59,249 nucleotides of DNA. Source: Chloroflexota bacterium. GTDB lineage: Bacteria > Chloroflexota > Limnocylindria > P2-11E. Position 1 is the first letter of the stretch; each line of letters begins with the position of its first letter. Shown piece after piece: positions 53,083 through 59,249 of the stretch. Where the stretch lies: contig JANMWW010000288.1 in NCBI GenBank assembly GCA_031394155.1, forward strand, positions 1 through 59,249, in the 5' to 3' direction. The notes beneath the pieces were generated by a model, which was given only the letters and a program-made list of their open reading frames with translations, searched no databases and was not told the origin of the DNA. The position numbers and the translations under genes were made by a program.

Positions 53083-54093
53083 ATGGCTCGGCTATCGCGC
53101 CTACTCGTCCCTCTGGTCGCGATCGCACTCATCGCGGCGGCGTGTTCAGCGCCGCGCGCGGCGGCGACCGCTACCCCATCGGGGAGCGCGGCCGCGAGCG
53201 CGACGCCCAACTTCGAGGGCAAGACGCTCAACGTCGTCACCGGCGGCACCGGCGGCGTCTACATCGTTTACGGCGCAGGGCTCGCGGACGTGCTCAGCAA
53301 GAAGCTCAAGGTCGCGGCGAGCGCGCAGCAGACCACGGCTTCCGTCGACAACATGAAATTCATCGGGCAGGGCAAGGCCGACCTCGCCTTCGCGCTGGCC
53401 GACACCGCGTACGACGCCATCAAAGGCAACGCGCCGTTCACCGAGAAGGTGGATGCGCAAACGCTCGCGGTCATGTACGGCAACTACACCCACATCGTCG
53501 TGAAGGACAGCTCGGGGATCAACAGCGTCGCCGACCTGAAGGGCAAGCGCGTCTCGGTGGGCGCGGCCGGGTCAGGCACGGAGATCATCGCGAACCGCGT
53601 GTTCGAAGCCTTCGGCATGGATCCGAGCAAGGACATCTCCCGCGAGCGCCTTGCCGCCACGGACTCCGCGAACGGTCTGCGTGACGGAAAGCTGGACGCG
53701 TTCTTCTTCAGCGGCGGGCTTCCCACGTCCGCGATCCTCGATCTCTCGAACTCCGTGAAGATCAAGCTCCTCTCCGACAACGACGCGATCAAGAAGATGG
53801 CCGACAAGTACGGCCCGTTCTACGTCGCGGCAAAGATCCCGGCCGGCACCTACAAGGATGTCCCCGAGACGACGGTCTCGAGCGTCCAGAACCTCCTGGT
53901 CGTCAACGCAAAGATGGATCCGGCGCTCGCGCGCGCGATCGTGCAGACGATGTTCGACAACAAGACCGATCTTGAGGCGATCCACTCGGCCGCGAAGGAG
54001 CTCACGCTCGCGACAGCATCGGTCGGATCGCCACTCGCCTTTCATCCCGGCGCGATCGACTTCTACAAGTCAAAGGGTGTCTGGAAGCAATAG
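53083..54093 (+). CDS. TAXI-family TRAP transporter solute-binding protein (lipoprotein-type signal)
   Basis: MARLSRLLVPLVAIALIAAACS.., TGGTGGVYIVYGAGLADVL, VSVGAAGSGTE. Confidence 0.88.
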   Translation: MARLSRLLVPLVAIALIAAACSAPRAAATATPSGSAAASATPNFEGKTLNVVTGGTGGVYIVYGAGLADVLSKKLKVAASAQQTTASVDNMKFIGQGKADLAFALADTAYDAIKGNAPFTEKVDAQTLAVMYGNYTHIVVKDSSGINSVADLKGKRVSVGAAGSGTEIIANRVFEAFGMDPSKDISRERLAATDSANGLRDGKLDAFFFSGGLPTSAILDLSNSVKIKLLSDNDAIKKMADKYGPFYVAAKIPAGTYKDVPETTVSSVQNLLVVNAKMDPALARAIVQTMFDNKTDLEAIHSAAKELTLATASVGSPLAFHPGAIDFYKSKGVWKQ

Positions 54094-54583
54094 GGCGTGG
54101 CGTATCGCGCTGGCTGGCGCGATCGTGATCGCGGCGGGGGTGGCACTTGCCGCCCCCGTGCCGGTTCTGACGATGACTGACGGCCGGCGCCTCGTAGTGA
54201 AGCCGCTCGACGCGGGCGACGAGCTCACCTACTCCTATCGACAGTCCATCTACGACGTCCCGGTCTACGAGGAATTTGTGCGGCGCGACTTCGCCCTAGA
54301 GCTGTTGCGCGTGCGTTCGCCCGACATCCGATCCCTCGAGTACTTCCGCTGGGACGGCGACATCGCGCAGGGCGCCGATGGCCTGTGGAGCGAAGCTGCA
54401 CCACCGAGCGAGCATCCAGAGCTGGTCATCCGTGTCGCACCGCTCGGCCAGCAGCACATCGCGACCGCGCGCTGGGGATATGACCTGCTGCCTGAGTTCG
54501 GGGAGAGTGTTGTCACCGTGCGCGTCGAGCACCTGGCGCCGATCAATGAGTGGTGGCGCACGCTCGCGCTGGCGTTCCGATGA
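54077..54583 (+). CDS. DUF1850 protein (TRAP-TAXI associated)
   Basis: GTG 54077 inside track ORF 53858..54583 gives VSGSNRAWRIALAGAIVIAAGVALAAP.. (one TM segment), followed by a beta-rich domain. Its position between the TAXI receptor and the fused permease is typical. It overlaps the receptor 3' end by 17 nt. Confidence 0.7.
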   Translation: MSGSNRAWRIALAGAIVIAAGVALAAPVPVLTMTDGRRLVVKPLDAGDELTYSYRQSIYDVPVYEEFVRRDFALELLRVRSPDIRSLEYFRWDGDIAQGADGLWSEAAPPSEHPELVIRVAPLGQQHIATARWGYDLLPEFGESVVTVRVEHLAPINEWWRTLALAFR

Positions 54584-56610
54584 GCGATCAGCCCGAAATC
54601 GTCGTCCGCCCCGATCTCGATCAGGTCCTCGCGGACGACAAGACCAAGCGGCTCATCGAGGAGTACGAGCAGGAGGCGAGAACGCGCACGCTGACGGGCG
54701 CTTGGGCACGCATCGCGACCGTACTCGGGGTGGCCACGACGCTGTTCGCGCTGTACTACGCCATCGCGGGAGCGGAGATCCCGTTCACCGGATTCGTCCT
54801 GGTGCCGAGCTTCCGGATCCTCGGCCAGACGATCACGACACCGCAGATCTACACGATGATCTTCCTCACCGCGATCCTCGTGCTGACGTTCATCTGGTAC
54901 CCGCCTCTCGCGCGCTGGCGCTCGCGCGTCACGATCCTCGACCTCGTCCTGTGCGCTGGCGCCGTCGCGATCACTGCATACATCTTCGTGAACTTCGATC
55001 AGGTCATCTATCGCCTGGCGAGCCCGACGCCCGCGGACTTCGCGTTCGGCATCGTCGCGATCGTGCTCGTGCTCGAAGCGGGACGGCGCACGACCGGCTG
55101 GCACCTCCCGCTCATCGGGTTCATCGCGATGCTTTACGCGTATCTCGGCGACTTCATGCCCGGGCCGTTCCACGTTCCCCCAAAGGACCTGGACGACATC
55201 GTCGCCAATCAGTACCTCGGGCTCGACGGCATGCTCGGCACGCCGCTGCAAGTCGCGGCCACGTTCATCATCCTGTTCACGATCTACGGCGCGGTGCTCG
55301 AGTACACCGGCGCCGGGAAGTTCTACGTCGACCTGGCGTTCGCGATCACCGGACGGCGCCCCACCGGCGCTGCACGCACCGTCACCGTTGCCTCGTTCCT
55401 CCTCGGCACCGTGTCGGGATCTGGCGTCGCGACGACGGTCACGCTGGGATCGATCGCGTACCCGATGCTGAAGAAGGCCGGGCACGATCGGGATTCGTCG
55501 GGTGCGATCCTCTCCGCCGGCGGTATCGGCGCGGTCATCTCGCCGCCGGTCCTCGGGCCTGCCGCGTTCCTCATGGCCGAGATACTCAAGATCTCGTATC
55601 TCGACGTCGTGGTCATGGCGATGATGCCGACGATCCTCTATTACCTCGGCATCCTGCTCACGATCGAGATCGATGCGCGGCGCATGGGCGCGCGGCAGAT
55701 CGCGCTCGACGCCCCGGGATTCTGGGAGCTCACCGCGCGCTACTGGTACCAATACACGAGCCTCTTCGCGATCATCGTGTTCCTCCTGCTCGGCTTTACG
55801 ACGATCACCGCGGTCTTCTGGTCGATCGTCGTGGCGATCCTCGTGTCGTACTTTCGCCGGGAGACGGCGCTGTCTCCGCGGCGGCTCATCGAGGCGCTCG
55901 CCACAGGCACGAAGCAGGTCCTTGGAGTCGCCGCGACGACCGCTGTCGCGGGCATCATCGTCGGCATCCTGCTGCAGACGGGCCTCGGGCTGAAGGTCTC
56001 GAGCCTGATCCTCGAGCTCGGGCTCGGGAACCTCGTGCTGACGCTCATCGTCGCCGGGGTCGTGCTGTGGATCCTGGGGCTGTCTCTGCCCATCACCGCG
56101 ACCTATCTCGTGGCGGTGCCGACCGTGATCCCCGCCCTCACGCACCTCGGCGTTCCCCCGCCCGCCGCGCACATGTTCGTCTTCTATTACGCCGTGCTGT
56201 CGGAGGTGTCGCCGCCGGTGGCGCTCTCGCCCTTCGCGGCCGCCGCGATCACCGGCGGGAATCCGTATCGCACGATGATGCTCACCTGGAAGTACGCCCT
56301 GCCCTGCTTCCTGGTCCCCTTCATGTTCACCCAGCCCGACGGGCTCGCGATCCTCTGGCGCGACACCACCGTCGTCGGGGCGATCGTCGCGTCGGTCTCG
56401 GCCGCGGCCGGGGTCGTCGCGCTCGTCAGCGGCGTCGGTGGCTATCTGCTCCGGCCTACGTCGCTGCCCGAGCGCGTCGTGCTCTGCGCAGCCGGTCTCC
56501 TGCTTCTGTCCCCTGGAAATGCGCAGGACATCGCCGGTCTGGCACTCTTGTTGGCGGTGGTGGGATTTCAGCTGTTGACGCGCGCGCGGCCCGCACCCGC
56601 GCGGGCGTGA
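54580..56610 (+). CDS. TRAP transporter fused (DctQ/DctM-type) permease, TAXI class
   Basis: Start at MSDQPEIVVRPDLDQVL (ATG 54580; ATGA overlap). About 676 aa and highly hydrophobic, with ..AARTVTVASFLLGTVSGSGVATTVTLGSIAYPMLKKAG.. Confidence 0.9.
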   Translation: MSDQPEIVVRPDLDQVLADDKTKRLIEEYEQEARTRTLTGAWARIATVLGVATTLFALYYAIAGAEIPFTGFVLVPSFRILGQTITTPQIYTMIFLTAILVLTFIWYPPLARWRSRVTILDLVLCAGAVAITAYIFVNFDQVIYRLASPTPADFAFGIVAIVLVLEAGRRTTGWHLPLIGFIAMLYAYLGDFMPGPFHVPPKDLDDIVANQYLGLDGMLGTPLQVAATFIILFTIYGAVLEYTGAGKFYVDLAFAITGRRPTGAARTVTVASFLLGTVSGSGVATTVTLGSIAYPMLKKAGHDRDSSGAILSAGGIGAVISPPVLGPAAFLMAEILKISYLDVVVMAMMPTILYYLGILLTIEIDARRMGARQIALDAPGFWELTARYWYQYTSLFAIIVFLLLGFTTITAVFWSIVVAILVSYFRRETALSPRRLIEALATGTKQVLGVAATTAVAGIIVGILLQTGLGLKVSSLILELGLGNLVLTLIVAGVVLWILGLSLPITATYLVAVPTVIPALTHLGVPPPAAHMFVFYYAVLSEVSPPVALSPFAAAAITGGNPYRTMMLTWKYALPCFLVPFMFTQPDGLAILWRDTTVVGAIVASVSAAAGVVALVSGVGGYLLRPTSLPERVVLCAAGLLLLSPGNAQDIAGLALLLAVVGFQLLTRARPAPARA

Positions 56611-58067
56611 GAAGGACCGTTCTCGCGGCGGCGTTCCTCGTCTTCATCGTCCTGTTGTCGCGCGCGCCCTTCGCCGCACAGACGCTCTGGGCGCACGACT
56701 CCGTCCTGTACGCGAATGCCCTCGAGCGCGGCTTCCACGTCGACGACGCGCTGGCGGACCAGCGGCCACATCCACCGGGATACATCTTCTACGTGGCTGC
56801 GGCGAGCGCAGCTCGTGTTGTCGGCCTTGGCAGTAATGACGCGCTCGTGTTCGTGTCCGCGATCGCGAGCGCACTGGCGACGATCGGGATCTTTTTTCTC
56901 GCGCGGCGCTGGATGCGCGACCCCGTGGCATTCATCACCGCGCTCGCCTACGCTGCGAATCCGCTGGTCTGGCAGTACTCGGAGATCGCGTACCCCTACG
57001 CGGTGCTCGCGCTCGGATCGCTGTTTGTCGCGGCCTGTTGCCTGGCGGCGCGCGATCGCGGAGTCGCGCGCGCCGTCGCGGCGAGTGTCGCGTTCGGGAT
57101 CGCCGGCGGATTCAGGCAGGACCTGCTGCTGCTCCTTCTCCCACTCTGGCTATGGAGCGTGTGGCCGCTCGGGCGACGCGCGCTGATGCCCGTAGCCGGC
57201 CTGGGGGTCGGCTGCGCCGTGTGGCTCATCCCGACCGTGGTCCTGTCGGGCGGCATCGACGAGTACATCGGTGCCCTGCAGGGACAGGCGGCGTACGTGA
57301 CCGCTGCGTATTCGATCACCGGGCAGGGCGCGCCGGCGTTCTTCGCCAATCTCGGCGCGACCGCATGGGCGGTCGTTTGGGGTCTCTTCGTGATGGCGCC
57401 GCTCGCGCTGGCCGGCGCCGTGGTCGCGGCGCGGCGCGTCGTGATAGCGCGCCACACCGACGACGCCGCGTTCTTCCTTCTCTGGACGCTCTCGCCGCTC
57501 GCGGTCTATGTCGTCGTGCATATCGGTGAATGGGGATACGTGCTGTCAGCTCTTCCCGGTCTGTACCTGCTCGGCGGACGCGCGCTCGAGCGGCTCCTCG
57601 TTCTCGCACAGCCACGCCGTCGCCAGCTGTACTTCGCGGCGTCGTCCCTCCTGATCGGAGTCCCGGCCCTCTGCTTCGTCGCCTCGCCGATCCCCTTCTC
57701 GGCGGCCGCGGTGGCCGGGCACGACCTCGAGCTCTCCACGCGCGTCGCGTACGTGCGCGACAACTATCAACCGCGCTCGACGCTCATCCTCACGCGCGAG
57801 GACTTCCTGCTGGTGCGCTACTACCTTCCGGAGTTCCGTTCGCGTCAGTACGATCCGGAGCCGTTCACACGCAGCTCGCGGCGCATGCGCGCCGGGCGTG
57901 TCGAGAGGATCGTGGTGTTCACCGAAGGCCTAGTGGCGGACCGGCAGCTCGACGTGCGCCGCGTGCTGTGCCGCACGGGCGTGCAGCTTGTCTACATGGA
58001 TGTCGTCCCGGGCTCGGTCCTGGAGTTCAGGGGCGAGCGATACGCGATCGGATCGCCCTCCCCTTAG
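56607..58067 (+). CDS. polytopic membrane protein, ArnT/PMT-like (GT-C fold) glycosyltransferase candidate
   Basis: GTG 56607 overlaps the permease stop (GTGA). VRRTVLAAAFLVFIVLLSRAPFAAQTLWAHDSVLYANALERG..HPPGYIFYVAA.. There are about 9-10 TM segments and a soluble C-terminal domain of about 100 aa. The family call is by pattern only. Confidence 0.65.
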   Translation: MRRTVLAAAFLVFIVLLSRAPFAAQTLWAHDSVLYANALERGFHVDDALADQRPHPPGYIFYVAAASAARVVGLGSNDALVFVSAIASALATIGIFFLARRWMRDPVAFITALAYAANPLVWQYSEIAYPYAVLALGSLFVAACCLAARDRGVARAVAASVAFGIAGGFRQDLLLLLLPLWLWSVWPLGRRALMPVAGLGVGCAVWLIPTVVLSGGIDEYIGALQGQAAYVTAAYSITGQGAPAFFANLGATAWAVVWGLFVMAPLALAGAVVAARRVVIARHTDDAAFFLLWTLSPLAVYVVVHIGEWGYVLSALPGLYLLGGRALERLLVLAQPRRRQLYFAASSLLIGVPALCFVASPIPFSAAAVAGHDLELSTRVAYVRDNYQPRSTLILTREDFLLVRYYLPEFRSRQYDPEPFTRSSRRMRAGRVERIVVFTEGLVADRQLDVRRVLCRTGVQLVYMDVVPGSVLEFRGERYAIGSPSP

Positions 58068-58071
58068 ATCT

Positions 58072-59249
58072 CTAGTTGAGGACCTTCTCCAGATAGTCGG
58101 CGAGGATCCGGAACGTCCGGATCTTCTGTTTGATGTCCGACGAGCCGTGGCCCTCATCCGCAAGCTCCACGTACTCGAAGTCCTCGCCCTCCTTCTTGCC
58201 GAGCTCGATGAGCCGGTCGCGGAAGATCTGCGACTGATCGACAGGGCAGCGCGGATCGTTGACGCCGTGGACCATGAGGAGCTTCGCCTTCAGCTTGTCC
58301 GCGAACTCGATCGCGCTGCGATCGCGCCACAGCGCGAAGTCCTTCTCGGGATCGCCCATCTGCTCGCGGAAGTAGTACTTGAAGTGCTCCATCGACTTCG
58401 CGTAGAGCTTATGCAGATCGCTGATGCCGACCCAGGCCACGGCAGCGCGCCAGAGATCGGGCTTCTTCGTGGCGGCGATGAACGTCATGAACCCTCCGTA
58501 GCTGCCGCCGAAAACGACGAGTCGCGAAGCGTCGACGTAGGGAAGCGTCTTCAGATATTCGGCCGCGCTCGCCACATCCTCGAGATCCGCGCCGCCCCAG
58601 TCGTTCAGCGCCGCGTCGCGGAACTCGACGCCGTAGCCGCTGCTGCCGCGGATGTTCGGCTCGATCACGACGAAGCCGCGATCCGCGAGGAATTGGGCGA
58701 ACGGATCGAAGCCGCGGAACCACTGGGCGGTCGGGCCGCCGTGGACGTGCACGATCGCGGGGAGCTTCTCGCCTGGCGCGATGTCGCGCGGCTTGTAGAC
58801 GATCGCCGGGATCTTCCTCGCGTCGAAGGTCGGGTAGTACACGTGCTCGCCGGTCACAAATACGGTCGGGTCGATCGAGCCGTAGTCCGCCGCAAGCAGC
58901 GTCTCGAGCTTGTCGGTGGCGAGGTCGTATGACGCGAGCTCACTGCGGCGCGTCTCGCTCTGGTAGCCGACGAGGAGCTTGCGGTCGTGGTCATAGAAGC
59001 CGACCACCGTCGAGATACCGGGATCGAGCTTCGGCTCGCGGGCTTCGCCGGTGGCCACGTCGTACAGGACCGGTCGCACCTGAGATTCGAAGTTGCGGAG
59101 CGCGGACAACGTCTTGCCGTCCTTCGAGAACTTGCCCGGGTGCTCCTCGACCCCATCCTTACCAAGCCAGCGCACCTGACCCGAGGCGATGTCGAGGATG
59201 CCGGCGCGCGGCGTGCCGGAAGCATCAGAGGTCACCGCGACGCGCTTGC
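58072..59249 (-). CDS. S9-family prolyl oligopeptidase / dipeptidyl aminopeptidase, N-terminus outside the window
   Basis: Catalytic domain motifs VFGGSYGGFMT (Ser), VHGVNDPRCP (Asp) and DEGHG (His). The upstream part is beta-propeller-like. The reading frame stays open to the window edge. Confidence 0.85.
   Translation of the reverse strand, partial: KRVAVTSDASGTPRAGILDIASGQVRWLGKDGVEEHPGKFSKDGKTLSALRNFESQVRPVLYDVATGEAREPKLDPGISTVVGFYDHDRKLLVGYQSETRRSELASYDLATDKLETLLAADYGSIDPTVFVTGEHVYYPTFDARKIPAIVYKPRDIAPGEKLPAIVHVHGGPTAQWFRGFDPFAQFLADRGFVVIEPNIRGSSGYGVEFRDAALNDWGGADLEDVASAAEYLKTLPYVDASRLVVFGGSYGGFMTFIAATKKPDLWRAAVAWVGISDLHKLYAKSMEHFKYYFREQMGDPEKDFALWRDRSAIEFADKLKAKLLMVHGVNDPRCPVDQSQIFRDRLIELGKKEGEDFEYVELADEGHGSSDIKQKIRTFRILADYLEKVLN

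Noticed and set aside
54378-56606. N-terminal 743 codons of the 1229-aa ORF 54378..58067
   Set aside because: This is an alternate frame of the DUF1850 and TRAP permease genes and is Arg/Pro/Gly-rich junk. Only the part from GTG 56607 onward is hydrophobic and protein-like.

Overview
GC-rich bacterial chromosomal segment (third codon positions are strongly G/C). It is densely coded, and many adjacent genes share 1-4 nt stop/start overlaps (ATGA, GTGA, TGATG). I call about 65 protein-coding genes and two decayed genes. I found no rRNA, tRNA, CRISPR array, transposase or integrase. Many long ORFs in the track are antisense or alternate-frame artefacts of the high GC content.

Gene content, left to right:
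- 1-15.3 kb: a stress/dormancy-like island. It holds a split 2-oxoacid:ferredoxin oxidoreductase with an embedded CBS gene, DUF421, DUF2892, two tandem-USP genes and DUF4342. It also holds a sensor-less NarL-type histidine kinase (HK) with its response regulator (RR), a GAF-HK/RR pair, a GNAT/ADP-forming acyl-CoA synthetase fusion, a multicopper oxidase and a PNPOx-family protein.
- 15.5-21 kb: an M20 peptidase, then an S1C protease-MoxR-DUF58-VWA operon.
- 21-24.3 kb: a lipid kinase, a decayed response-regulator gene, an iron permease, and a stand-alone LigD phosphoesterase (PE) domain preceded by a small basic protein.
- 24.7-28.1 kb: a split ChrA pair with a GAF-HK and a receiver-only RR.
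- 28.1-37.2 kb: a long minus-strand block. In transcription order it reads rhodanese, VIT1 (with an in-frame amber codon), MBL-rhodanese, GT4, GH130, an unknown protein, an amidase, a RIO kinase and a ParB-like protein.
- 37-50 kb: an orphan OmpR RR, a DAHP synthase, and a gamma-CA-hutH-HAD-tag operon. These are followed by a secreted repeat protein next to an OmpR/HK pair, a ferric-reductase-like membrane protein, an alpha/beta hydrolase and hutU.
- 50-59 kb: a dUTPase-like-CDGSH-GT87-lipoprotein chain, a thioesterase, a TAXI-TRAP transporter coupled to a GT-C-like membrane protein, and a partial S9 peptidase.

Most interesting candidates:
- The RIO kinase translationally coupled to a ParB/Srx-fold protein with a histone-like tail.
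- The CBS gene embedded in the oxidoreductase operon, within the DosR-regulon-like island.
- Two genes (DUF58 and LigD-PE) whose conserved N-termini lie upstream of any ATG/GTG/TTG.
- The in-frame amber codon in VIT1.

All family assignments come from motif recognition by eye. No searches were run.
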